A stretch of DNA of 64,000 nucleotides from the human T2T-CHM13v2.0 reference genome, Homo sapiens, in assembly GCF_009914755.1 (NCBI RefSeq), contig NC_060934.1, one strand, 5' to 3'. The translations under genes were made by a program, and so were the position numbers. The number at the start of each line of letters is the position of its first letter. Positions within the stretch are counted from its first letter, which is position 1. The notes below the pieces were generated by a model. That model did no database searches. It saw only the letters and a list, made by a program, of their open reading frames with translations, and was not told the origin of the DNA. Below, piece after piece: positions 12,575 through 25,911 of the stretch.

Positions 12575-13570
12575 TTAATATTCATTTTTAATTAATTTAA
12601 ATATACATTGAGCACCTTACTATTTGCCAGTGTGATAGACACTGGAGATGAGGGCATGAAAAGGTCTGAACTCCATACAATCATAATCAATAAGGGAAAG
12701 CAGATACACCTACATTTAATCATAATATAGTGAATGGTATATGATGATTGGCAGTTTGAATAAGATGGTCATCTCACCAGAGATATAGAAGTGCTTAATT
12801 CTGCATGAAGGGGTTAGGAAAGAGTTGAGTCAGGAACTAACTATAAAGTTTAGAAGAAACTTTCCAAGGTGAATTCAAAGGAAGGGGAAGAGATAGTAGG
12901 TATGAGGATAGTAGGTATGCAGAAGTGCTTGGGAAAGAGAGAAACTGTGTGGAGTTGAAACAGCATAATAAAGACATTCAAGTGTGAAAATTAATTATTG
13001 TTTTAAAAACTGTATACAAGCTTCTATGCCTAGAAAGTCAGATTATGACTAAAGTTGAAGCTCAGAAGCCATGTTACACTGTGTGGAAATGATTGGGAGT
13101 TGATTTTTTTTTTCTTAAGAAATGATATAACTTGGTCAGATTTGGAGTTTTAAGGAGCGTTGAGAAATGACAAATGTTGAAGACTGAAATAGGACACACA
13201 AGCCACAAGCCCGAATATGAATGGACAGATTTTTGAGATGTTAGAGTTTTTTAAATTTTAATATTGAGGTTCATAACTAAAGCCACAAAATCCTTCCAGT
13301 CTGAGAAATGATGTCAATTTTTCTTTTTATATGTGTTTTTCTGTCTCATCAACAGCTTGGCATCCACTCACCCTGCAATGACTTAAAACACACAGCTCTC
13401 TATGCACTATGGTCTGGATAGGGCTTGAAGATTCATTAGATAAATAGGTAAGGGTGATAGAGAAAACAGGATGATTGCCAAGGTTTATGGCTAGAGACTG
13501 TGGAAGCTGATACTATTAATGAAATAGGGAAGAAGTCAGAAGAGCCAAGGCTAGGGATGGTGGAAATGGA
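12575..13570 (-). mobile_element. LINE-2 fragments
   Basis: Antisense L2 3' end (attgagcaccttactatttgccag...actggagatg) and further degraded L2 blocks. Confidence 0.5.
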
Positions 13571-15904
13571 TTTTGAGCCAGTTCTGCTTCTAGCTATTCT
13601 TTATCTTTTCACTGAGTGACAGTAGGGATTACTCACCCTCTTACAAAGTACCCTGCAGCTCTGGTGAGTTTAATCTCATGAGGCGATTACCATTACTGTA
13701 CATCTGTCTGGCTGGAAATCACTGTCTTTCCTATCTTAGAGCACATTCAAGCTGCAAGGAGGAAATTGTTTGGGCACACAGTAGTTTATTTGTAGAGAAA
13801 ATACTTTAGCCAACCTGACAGAGCAAGTTTGGCTTACAAGTTATCTCTCCAAGTCACTTTGCTCCAGGAAACTAAGGGTAAAGCAGTTAATAGCCCATGA
13901 GTTTCTTGCAGAAATGGAAAATGCACTACAAATGGAATTTTCACAGAAGAAAGGAAGAATGAAATACATATTGAGCTGGAATCACATGCTTTGAGTGATG
14001 GTGTACCTAAATACATTGCCACATATTTTCTGTTTGCTTCTTTCACCGAACTGAAGCTACTGATAGCTGATATTTTGCAATTGGTATCTAAACTCCAGGT
14101 AATTCTGCCAGGCTTCTCTTCCTCTAACCATGTCCATAGGCCATGCATCATGGCTCCCCATGGTTTCTTTATCCCATTTGAACTTTATAACTACGTATAA
14201 ATTATTCTTCTTGGTATCGACATGTAACCTTATAGGCATGAACCTTGCTTTTCACAGGCATGAAATACGATGTCCCCATGTTCAGCCAAGGTCCCAATAC
14301 CTTGTTCACAAAGCCTCTAGCAGGGCAGGAGAGCTGACTGACATGGTACCATGTGCTACATAACTAACTTTGGGCCCTGGCTCACTTTTAACTGCTAAAA
14401 TTTGTAATTTCTAAAATTGTAGTTCAGATTGAATACGGCAGAAATTCAACACCGAAAATGAAACTGGGGCTACATCACATGCTGGAAATGCATTCAGTGC
14501 TCTGAGGCATTTTCAAAAATATTGACTGCACTTAAAAACTAGAGCAAAAGAAAAAGACAGCTTGGAAGCCCAAAGCCATTACATTGTTCACTTTTAAAGG
14601 GAAGTGTCATTAAAAAAAAGTTGTTTAATTTAATATAAGTTTCAATGTAACATTATATGCTAATATAGGTCAAAAGCCCAAGAAAAAGCCTATAAGTGTC
14701 CAGAAAGTTTTACTAGGGAATGCTGACAGGGTATAGCCCCAGTGACCTCAAGCAATTCAGAGTATCTGCTGGTTGATTGCTGGGTGTGTCTGTGGTTTCT
14801 TTATTCTTCTTCTGTGCCCAGTGTCTTCTGCTAGATGATGCCTCTCCAGGAGCTCTGAGTTTTGCTGCTTTTATCACACTTTGCCACTAAGCACTTCTGA
14901 AAGCTCGTTCTGCTGGACGGACTCCACTCCCATATCCTATTTAGTAAAATTGAGGGCCTCACAGTGTCCAATAAACTGGTGTCCTGGAGACATAGATGTG
15001 ACTGTAGATGTGTGGATATGTACTGTTGAGAAATGGTGGTCAATACCCCTTGACCTTTAAGACATCTTCTGTTCTGAGGACATGTTTGGTCCTAGTCTTA
15101 AGAGGTTTTGTTTTGTTTTGTTTTAATGAAATAGCTCTCTCTCTCTCTCTCTACTTCAGCTTCTCCTCCTATCCAGTGATCTACACCTGAGTCTACTTGG
15201 GAAACTGTTCCAAAGAGAGCTCCAAGTAGGATATAACCATTCCCACTTATACTAAATGGGACTTCTCATCAGAATATGTCCTTACTTTGCCTTCCCCTTG
15301 GATGAGGGCTCTTCCTTCGACTAGCATAAGAGGAGCTATAATGGCCCTACCTGATATGAGTCACCTGACAGAAGAGACATGCCTCACCCATCAAAGAGTT
15401 AGATTCTTTACATTCATTATCACTCATGCTAGCAAAACCATTAAAGGTTAGTATTATGTCCCAATATATCAATGAGGGGATTTGAGCATAGAGTTAAAAA
15501 CTTAATTTAAGTTTCTGCTTTGAAGCTAAAGGGCCCAGTAATGGGCCCTAACTGTTCAGGTAAAAAGCAGTGAAAATGGTGACTAAGTCATCTTCCCACA
15601 GCCAAGGGCAACTTTCAATATAACTACCAGATATTTTAACTGATTATGGAATTTCAAAACTATGATTAAATATCTATGAGTACATTTTATATAATATTTT
15701 AATAGCATGTGTTAAATGTAGTCTTAACTAGTAAAAATATGATTTAGGTAATTGGACTTTGCTTGATCAAAGTAATTTTATTCCCAGATGCATTGAGATA
15801 AGCTTGCTGCCAAAATTAATCAGATGATTAAACAAAATTCTAAAAACATTCTCCAAGTGGTCATAACACCTACGCCTTCCAATATTAGTTTCCTAAGATA
15901 GTTA

Positions 15905-16150
15905 GAATGGAGTAGGCAGAAGTATGAGTTGGAGTACCTGCTAATTTAGTCCTCCTTGAATTCAGATTCTAGCTTTGACATTTACTGACTATATATAATT
16001 TTTTAACTTTAAGCTCAAATCCCCTCATTGATATATTGGGACATAATACTAACCTTTAAGGTTTTTGCCAGCTGAATAATAATAAATGTAAAGGACATAG
16101 CTCTTTGTCAAATAAATAGTAGCCACTCAATAAACACTATTATTTAGTGT
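15905..16150 (+). mobile_element. MIR SINE
   Basis: ttgaattcagattctagctttgacatttact...cctcattgatatattgggacataatact...cactcaataaac. Confidence 0.6.
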
Positions 16151-16556
16151 TTATTACACTTGAAACCAAAGTACAGCATCTCACTTTTGCCTAGTTTTCA
16201 CATCTTCATTCAGCATATATCCAAATGCATATGTATTCAATTTATATAATGAATCAAGCACTGAGCATTATACCAAGTACTATGTATTTTTCAGAAGATA
16301 ACCTGCTGTCAAAATGAATAACAATAACAATAAAAATAGTGAGAGAGGGAGAGAAAAGGAAAAAGAGAACAGCCTATATAATATTCTATTGTTTTTCACT
16401 ACAAGGTCTCAAATTTAAAATTAAATTTTCACAAAATATTATAGAGAATAGTTTTAAACCTCTATCTTAAAAATAAAGATACTAACCCTAAAAGGGGCTA
16501 GGTTACTTTCTAGGGTCATACAGCATGAAAACAACTCCAGGTAAATCTTTACTTAT

Positions 16557-16843
16557 GGCCAGAATGGTTTCTCACACCTGTAATCCCAGCACTTTGGGAG
16601 GCAGAGGAGGGTGGATCACTTAAGGCCAGTAGTTTGAAACCAGCCTGGCCAACATGGCAAAACCCTGTCTTTACTAAAAATCCAAAAATTAGCCTGGCGT
16701 GGTGGTGCATGTCTGTAATCCCAGCTACTCAAGAGGCTGAGGCATGAGAATCTCTTGAGACCAGGAAGCAGAAGTTTCAGTGACCTGAGATTGCACCACT
16801 GCACTCCAGCCTGGGCAACAGAGTGAAACTGTCTCAAAAAAAA
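16557..16843 (+). mobile_element. Alu (older S/J type)
   Basis: Dimeric Alu with A-tail; partial TSD tctttactta. Confidence 0.92.
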
Positions 16844-17609
16844 TTCTTCTTTACTTACTACTTAAGTTATCAAATCTTTGTATGTGAAACAGAGAATAAA
16901 TAATACACAGAAATACACAGATAAATATATAGCAATGTATATGCAAAAAAAAAGTATTGGGAAACAGACATTAAATGGCAATTTTATAGCCCATTTAGTA
17001 AAATTGAGGGTAATGTTGTCTTGCTACTGTGAGGTGCCATCAGATCTTCTACAACCAAGAGTTATGCATTCCCCATGTTCAAGTGATTATAGCAAATAAT
17101 TAGTTGTGAGTTTGGTATTTATACATGCTTTAACTGTAAAGGACTCTGGCAAGGTTTTCAAGAACATGGCACTGTCTTTTTTGTTCATTTCTTCACTTGG
17201 GATTTACAACTGAGAGATATATGTGTGAATTACTAAAAATTCACCCTTCCTGCTATAACTAATAACATACTGATATCATGGAGGCCAAAAATTACACTAA
17301 AAAAAAGTATTAAGTAGTTGTATTTAGTCTTGGATCTAAAACTTAGGGAGGACCTTAGGGACAGCAAGCATACTGCAAATCGTAGTTTACCATTCCAACT
17401 GAACTGAAATGATGCCTTTTAATATAATACCAGGTCAGGAACTTTTCAGAAAAATTAGGATTTCTAGGCAGGGTTTTATACATTTCTGACTCATATACAG
17501 TAAATAATCACTTATTAATGCCTGCTAACTCAGAGAAGCATGATGATGATGCAAGGAGCCTTTGAAGGAGCTTAAGGATGCACTTCTTGATTAAAGCTAG
17601 ATGTTACTG

Positions 17610-17730
17610 GAGAGAGAAAATGAAGAAGGCAGAGAAGGAGGAATAAGAGAGGGGAGGAAAGAATGGAAGAGAGAGAGAAAGAGAGGGGAGGAAAGAATGG
17701 AAGAGAGAGAGAGAAGAAGAAGAAAGAAAG
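17610..17730. repeat. GA-rich low-complexity tract with a 34-bp tandem duplication
   Basis: aagagaggggaggaaagaatggaagagagagaga at 17645-17678 and 17679-17712. Confidence 0.8.
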
Positions 17731-18887
17731 CTTCCTAAGGCTTGCTGTTGTCTTCAGTATAAGAAGCTGGCCACAGTGAAAAGGTTATTTTTACAGAGTC
17801 AGTGACAGTGTAAAAAAGTAATAAATCTCAACATTCTTGTCGACTGCCAGAATAGCGAGAATGTTCCCCATTTCCTCTTCCCAGGCCACTGTGCCATAGA
17901 AATGGAGACAGAGTATTGGAAAGGCAGTGGGGAAAGAGTGACATAAACTAGACATAAGTTTTTCTCCAGGAATCCATTCATCTTCTGTCAAAGATTGGAA
18001 AGGGAAGGACAAGCAATGGTGCCATCATGCAACTTAGTCCTCATCATAAATTATCATTCTTTATGACAGGAAGCTGAACAGAAAGGAAAAACTGTGAAGT
18101 TTGCAGTTTGTTGCTGAAACATTTACATGCTCATTTGTCTCTCTTCTTATCTTCTGTTTTATAAAGGAGTCTAGTCAGTCAGGGCATGGATAGCTATAGG
18201 CAGGGAGAGGGTGAATCCTAAAATTGGACTCTAGCTGAAGACAGAACATGGAGTGATGGAGGATAAAGGAGGGTGGTGGCAAAAACAGAAGAGTAGTTGT
18301 CTTGAAGGTGAACACAGCATCCAAAATGAGCACCATCCATAAATCATAGTACAGGTAAGACGTTGGTATCAGGGACCCAGACAAAGTGATGAAGGGTCCC
18401 AGAGAGAGAACACAGCACAAGACGGGGGAAAGAGGGGGATGCTTGAATTGTGGGCAGCCATCACTGTTTGTCAGTGGCAGGACCCAAGACACAAGCTGTG
18501 ATTTCACACTCTGGTAGAGACAAAATGAAACAATTGGCCAGTGAGAAGCCAGGTGCTGTCCTTGGTAATGGATACACTGCCAAGATCAGCAATCAGCCCG
18601 TGGGGGCAAGAAAAAACCCAGGACTTGAAATTAGCTGCACAAATGTGATTGAGCCACAGATGTGAGAAGTGGAGCTGCCTGAGTGCCCCCTGTAAGATGT
18701 AAGGGTGCAAGTTGGTGGCACCCACTGCCCCTGGAGGGTAGTGTATGGACAAGTATGAGGTATCATATCAGGTTGTGTGGTCTGGTATACTAGGGAACCC
18801 AGTAAGGATTTGCTAAACTGAACAGACAAAACTGCAACAGGATACAGCAAATCTGAGGGGTGCAAAAAGGATAGAAAGGTCAAATGA

Positions 18888-19316
18888 GGCCAGGAGTGGT
18901 GGCTCACACCTGTAATCCCAACACTTTGGGAGGCTGAGGTGGGTGGATCATGAGGTCAGGAGTTCAAGACCAGCCTGGCCAAGATGGTGAAACCCCATCT
19001 CTACTAAAAATACAAAAATTAGCCGGGCGTGGTGGCGGGTGGGCGCCTGTAATCCCAGCACTTTGGGAGGCCAAAGTGGGTGGATTGCGAGGTCAGGAGT
19101 TCAAGCCCAGCCTGGCCAAAATGGTGAAACCCCGTTTCTACTAAAAATACAAAAATTAGCTGGGTGTGATGGTGGCCGCCTGTAATCCCAGGTACTTGGG
19201 AGGCTGAGGCAGAGAATTGCTTGAACCCAGGAGGCGGAGGTTGCAGTGAGCCAAGATCACACCACTGCACTCCAGCCTGGGCGACAGAGCGAGACTCTGT
19301 CTAAAAAAAAAAAAAA
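18888..19316 (+). mobile_element. Trimeric Alu (left-left-right), AluSg-like
   Basis: Two left monomers, each followed by ctactaaaaatacaaaaattag, then one right monomer and tail; TSD aaaggtcaaatga / aaaggtaaaatta. Confidence 0.9.
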
Positions 19317-19693
19317 GGTAAAATTAATGTGTTTCACAATTAATAATAGGCAATGAAGTAGGACAGGATGAGTTTCGAGGAGTGGGACAGCAGAGATTGT
19401 TGCCTTTTATAGGGTACTCGAACTGCAGCCTAGGGTGGAACAGATGGTTAAAAGAACCACTTATGGCTAAAGAGGAGGTGCTTCATGCTGGATAGGTCCT
19501 ACAAGCTGTAGTTTTAGGCAAAGGGAAAGAGAAGAGAGAGCTGTGAAGAGGGAACTGATGCCACCAAATCCAGCAGAGCCCACTATTCCTCTGCCTATTA
19601 GGTGCCTAATCACACTTTCCTGTCTTTAATTTCCCAGTCCTGGGGCTGGGGCCTCGAACAGAGATCTGGATGGGAGACACAAGACTCACGACA

Positions 19694-19746
19694 AAAGTGA
19701 TGCTCAGGGCAGTAACCAAAGTGATGCTCAGGGCAGTAACCAAAGT
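19694..19746. repeat. Perfect 24-bp tandem duplication
   Basis: aaagtgatgctcagggcagtaacc x2 plus aaagt. Confidence 0.95.
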
Positions 19747-20482
19747 CTCTGAGACACATTAGTCCATTTAGCAAATAAATACGAATAACTACTTCACAGG
19801 TTTATGTCTGAGATTAGCATCTGTGAACATCACTGTAAAACTTAAATGACTATATGGATGTACTGTTTCTGTCAGATAATTTTTCTGAGGAGTCAGGCAC
19901 TTGCAGCCCCAGTTCCAGGAAGACACAAGAAGGTGACATTTGGGAATCCTTCCATTTTGAGAAGCCGGCCCTTTCCACGTGAGAAACAGTGCCACGTCTG
20001 ACAGATGTAAAGGAAGACGATCTGACAGCCTTTGAGGTCTCACATGCTTCTTTGCAAACTGCTGTAGTGTAGGCGCTGGTGTCATTGAGCCGTCCTAAGA
20101 TGGCAGGGAGCAGAGACCCTCTCAATGTGCTGGCATGCCTCCTTGCTACCAAAGCCCACACAACTCATAGGAGCTAAGAAAGAAAGCCAGAAATCAAGGT
20201 GAACTCACAGATATGAAAAGCAGCAAACTGAAAAGAGAAATCTTGTCTCTCCAGCACTGTGAAAAAATGCAATTTGTTTGTTTTACTCAGATTTTTTTAA
20301 GCCAGGTGATCTGCAGGAGATGCCCTAGAGCAAGGCTTCACAAGACAGCCAAATGCAATTGCTTGCATCATAACAGAAAAAAATTCTGGTACTCCCAAGG
20401 ACAATGAGTCATAATCAGTTTGTGAAAAACTGAGAAAAAAAAAAGGTTTTCCTTCATTTGAGGTTTTAAGAAAGTTTTTAGA

Positions 20483-20655
20483 TCAGAGCTTCTTAAACTT
20501 CAATGTGCATCCAGATCGCCTGGGACCTTATTCAGATGTTGATTCATATTCAGCAGGTCTGGGAGGTGGGTGGGGGATGAGATTCAGCATTTCAACAAGC
20601 TCCCAGGTGATACCAGTGCTGCTGCTTCACTGACTTTATGCTGAGTTGGAAGGTA
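20483..20655. mobile_element. MER5A1-like hAT-Charlie relic
   Basis: cagagcttcttaaacttcaatgtgcat...aacaagctcccaggtgatac. Confidence 0.8.
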
Positions 20656-20924
20656 CTAGACAATTAGAATTGTGGGTTTGAAAATAACTATTATGATGTA
20701 TACATATAAATGAAAGATTGATGTGAAGGAAAAATAAGCTACCCTCATATAAAATGAGAGGATTTTGATATCAAAATGTTTTGAAAATGTTTGATGTTCT
20801 CTAACACATGCTCTCCTTTGCAAGTATTTACAACTCATTTGTGAAATCAAAATATGTATACCACAAACACATAAGCATATGAATGGTGTAGAATTAGAAA
20901 AATTGTATACGTGCGATATAATTA

Positions 20925-21080
20925 GTATAATTTACTGGGCTACCTTTTTCTTCAGTACCCTCATCTGCTAAAGGGACAAAACAACAGAACTCTTGTTTGC
21001 ATTAAAATAATACTTAAACATCTGTGAGTTATTGCCACATATAATAAACTCTCAATAAATATCCAGTATCAATAATAGTA
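20925..21080 (+). mobile_element. MIR fragment
   Basis: cttcagtaccctcatctgctaaaggga...ctcaataaatatc. Confidence 0.5.
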
Positions 21081-21089
21081 GTAAGGAAT

Positions 21090-22057
21090 TGATAGCAACA
21101 GGAAGCAGACAAATCCTAGGCAGACAGGGGCAGGTCTCCAGTGAAACCCCACCTTCAAGCCAAAAACAGCCTGAAGCCTGAAGACCAGGCTGCTGGTTCC
21201 TGATGAAGCCTGTGACCCCAAGTGAGAACTTTTGTTTCCATTCGCACGCTATTTCCACATTGGTTCTTTATGAATAATGCTTTTAAACCCATTGAATGTT
21301 GCCTTTTCCAGTGCTACCTGTGGTTCACACCTCCCCCATTCTGTGTCCATTAAAAACCCTGAACTCAGCCATACTTGGGGACTACTCAATTTCAGATAGG
21401 GGGCTGCCCACTTTGGGCCCCCTCTCCACTAAGAACTGTTCCATCATTCAATAAACTCTTTGCCTTGCTCACCCTCTGGTTGTAAGCATAACCTTATTCT
21501 TCTTGAACACGGGACAAGAACCCAGGACCCACCAAACATGGGTACAAAAAAGGCTATAACATTGTAGTCCTCTGCCCTCCAATAGTGCTGGGTGGTTACC
21601 CCACACCAACAGGAAACAGCAAATAGGCTGGGCCAGCACAAGAGCCATGGGCGAGAGCAGAGTGGAGGGACTGAATGAGCTGTAACCCAAATGACTAAAA
21701 CATGCCCTGCCCTCATTCACTGGGCTGCACGTGGCAGGAAGGAGAGAAGAGCTATGACCCTTGGGGATCCCCAAGCCAGAGCTGTGACACACTGTAATAC
21801 CCTCTTTGAGGTTCTGTGGTTTCTGGAGTCTCCAAGTTTTTCAGGTGCCACCGTGTTTCTCTCATCCACACACCAGCACCCAAGGTGGAAGCAGGTTGTG
21901 GTATGCCTAGCCCAGCCACGGGCTGGGCAGTCGAAGGGGGCCAAGTGGGCAGGGTACCTTCAGTTGCATGCCTGGAGCTGAGCAAGGCCCTGGGGAGGGG
22001 CATGGCTGGCCATAGGGTCTCTGGCTGGAGAAGCGGCACTGAAAAAATCCTGCATCA
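21090..22057 (+). mobile_element. ERV1 solo LTR (LTR28/MER52 group)
   Basis: TG...CA termini (tgatagcaacaggaagcagac...aaaaatcctgcatca), internal AATAAA, perfect 4-bp TSD GAAT at 21086-21089 and 22058-22061. Confidence 0.85.
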
Positions 22058-22206
22058 GAATGGACGGACTTTGAGAGAGTTTCTCATATAAAGCCTTCTC
22101 AATTCTGTTTAATCTTATAATTTTCTGATAAAAAATCAATAATTGTCTTTTTTAATTTTGGGAAATAAGAAGATTGTTGAACAAAATTTTATAATTCATG
22201 GGTTCT

Positions 22207-22490
22207 TTGTTTTTTGTTTTTTTGTTTTTTTTGAGACAGAGTCTTGCTCTGTCACCCAGGCTGGAGTGCAGTGGTGAGATCTCGGCTCACTGCAATCCCC
22301 GCCTCCCAGGTTCAAGTGATTCTCCTGCCTCAGCCTTCAGAGCAGCCCGAGCAGCTGGGACTATAGGCCCGCACCACCACGCCCAGCTAATTTTTGTATT
22401 TTTAGTACAGACAGGATTTCACCATATTGGCCAGGCCAGTCTTGAACTCCTGACCTCATGATCCACCCACCTCGGCCTCCCAAAGTGCTG
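22207..22490 (-). mobile_element. Alu (AluS), slightly 5'-truncated
   Basis: Poly-T, gagacagagtcttgctctgtcacccaggctgg..., stops at caaagtgctg. Confidence 0.92.
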
Positions 22491-22914
22491 AGTGAAATCT
22501 ATGTTTAATCCAATTAAGAAGAGACATACATTCTCAACACTGCTCTTTGTGAATATCCATGCAATGTTTAAGTCACAGAATATTTATATATATATATGTA
22601 TGTTATATGTGTGTGTGTATTCAAATTTTAGGTTATAATGCATATATTGTATCTTCACATTGTCACTAAAATATAGTAAAAATCTCTCATACTATAAAAT
22701 AAACATTTGTATTATCAATTTCAGTGGTTCCATTCAATACCTATACCATAATTTATTTAAGTGTTCACTGATTACTTTTACTAGATGTTTAAGGTTGTAC
22801 TCTTTTTTAATATTAAAATATCATTAGAATGCCCTTCCTTGCAAACAAAATGTGAGCATACTTGTGGTTTTGTTATGAATTCAGAAACAAAAATTGTTAG
22901 AATAAAGGGTATGC

Positions 22915-23346
<432 letters not shown>

Positions 23347-23429
23347 TTAGCCTACACAGGCAGTGGGTTGATGAATGCAAAGCATGGGTATGTGGTGGTG
23401 GGAAAAGCGGGGAGGAAAGGGCAGTCTGA

Positions 23430-23905
23430 GGGGAAACTGGGAGCCCAGACCATAAACCGTCTGGAAGTGATGATGAGCGGTTAAATGTTCACCATGAGTG
23501 AGGTGGGTGGCAAAGAAGATTTGGAAGACATGATTTGACTTAAGTTTTAAAAGAACTGAGAGCAGAAGCAGGAAGAACTGGAAGGAGGAGGAGTAATAGG
23601 ACCGCAAAAGGAGGCCCCTCTAGCTGAGAAAGAGCCAGGCCTATAGGGTGAGAAGGTGGGGAGAGGTCAGATTCTGGATATAATACAAAGATAATGAAAA
23701 CAGGCTTCCTGAATGTGAAAAAAAAAAGTTTAAAATTACATCAAGATTTTTGGCCTAAAAGAATGGGAAGAAAGATGTGTCATTTTCTGAGTTGAGTGGA
23801 ACAGGTTTACTTAAGAAAAGCACATCCTTTCACTTTGGCCAAGTCTAGTTTGAGGTGTCTTTGAGACACTAAGTAGGCAGTTGAACAAACAAGACTGGGA
23901 TTCTG
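23430..23905 (-). mobile_element. LINE-2 fragment
   Basis: ggtcagattctggatata...caagatttttggcct...tttgaggtgtctttgagacac...gtaggcagttgaa. Confidence 0.6.
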
Positions 23906-24577
23906 TAGTTGTTAGTTTGCCAAGATTTTCAATTGTTTCCTTAGTCATGACCACTGTTTTTCCTAAAGTGCTACTTTTCTAAGTAACAATTATTTTTTAC
24001 TAATATAGATGCATACACAGAATTTTCTTTTGATTCTTGGTATAATCAGATCTTATAAGATTGCAGCTTTCTTTTCTTCTTTTTTCTTGATTAAGCTAGT
24101 TAACAATTAGATATGTTCTTCTTTGTTTTCATAAGTAAGTCTAGATACTATTTAATTTATACCATTTTCTGTTTAAAAATTCCATAACTTTTGCTTTATA
24201 TTTATTGATTGTTCTGTTTTGTTTCTTTGTGTTCTCTTATTCTTTGGCTAACTTTTAACATTGAATATTTAGTTGATTTATTTTTATTGTTTGTGTTTAC
24301 TAGCAAAATTATCTAACTTTGTAAATTTGTGCCCAGTAAAAGCTTTAGCAAGAACCCAGGCATTTTTTTTTTTTTTTAGTGCGTATGGTTCTTATCATTG
24401 AATTTGGTAGGTTTTTTTTTTTAATTGCTAGGTCTGGTTTATCCTTTGACTCAACATTTATTTAAGATATTGTTTGTTCTTGACAAATGTACAAGTCATT
24501 TGAGTTTTATGCTATATTTTGTTATTAATTTCTCTTTCTCCTGAGCAATGATGTGTAGATTATAAAAATTCTGCATT

Positions 24578-24890
<313 letters not shown>

Positions 24891-25530
24891 TTATGTATTT
24901 TGGGTGTACCTTGACAAGAAGGCAACAACAGCTGATGTAGGATCAGATACAACACTATGCATTATATCAACCTCATTAATTTTATCCTGAAAATAAAGGA
25001 GCTTCTTTTTTTGGTCCAAATGGAGACCTTTTTTAATCTACCAGGAGTTATTAAATATCCTTAGCCTCACTCTCTCTTGTGTTGTCAGCTTCACTCCAGT
25101 GCTGATGAACTCAGGGATCTCATCCCTTTGATGTCTTTTCAACTGCAGGATCTTTCTTCCTCATTTTATTGCCTAAGAAGCATAACCTTAAAATGCTCTA
25201 CAAGGATATTGGCACTTAGCAATACTACAGGAGATCAAACCTAACAAATCTAACACCAAACTTACTCTTGAATTATCTTTCTTCCAGGAAGGTTTGTTCC
25301 TGCTTCTCTACTGAGCTTCGGTTACATGTGCATTGACAACGCTCTTCAGACAGCTTGAGCTCTGGCCCTTTAACTCTGGCTCCCCTAAACCTGGGTCTTC
25401 CTCTTGTGTTGATAGCCTAGTAAAAACACTCATAAGATTAGCAGAGCTGTGTTAGAGAGAGCACACTGCTCAGATTCTAGTTTGCTACATCCATGGGCAT
25501 CTCTGTTTCAGGAAGTAGAAAGTAAGTGGG

Positions 25531-25911
25531 TGTATTCGTTTGTTCCTGCGTTGCTATACAGAACTACCTGAGACTGGATAATTTATAAAGAAAAGAAGTT
25601 TAATGTACTCACAGTTTCACAGGCTGTACAGGAAGCATGGCTGAGAAGGCCTCAGGAAACTTAGAATCATGGCAGAAGGACAAGAGGAAGGAGGCATATC
25701 TTAAATGGCTGGAGCAGGAGGAAAGAGGGAAGGGGAGATGCTACACACTTTTAAACAATCAGATCTCATGAGAACTCACCCACTATCATGAGAACAGCAA
25801 GGGGAAATCTGCTTCCATGATCCAATCACCTCCTATCATGCTCCTCCTCCAACACTGGGGATTGCAATTCACCATGAGATTTAGGTAGGGACACAAATCC
25901 AAACCATATCA
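25531..25911 (-). mobile_element. MaLR solo LTR (MSTA/THE1D-like)
   Basis: tgtatt...ccaaaccatatca termini; 5-bp TSD GTGGG at 25526-25530 and 25912-25916. Confidence 0.9.

Noticed and set aside
21444-22091. Cluster of 75-107 aa ORFs
   Set aside because: All lie inside the GC-rich ERV1 LTR and show no gag/pol/env similarity.
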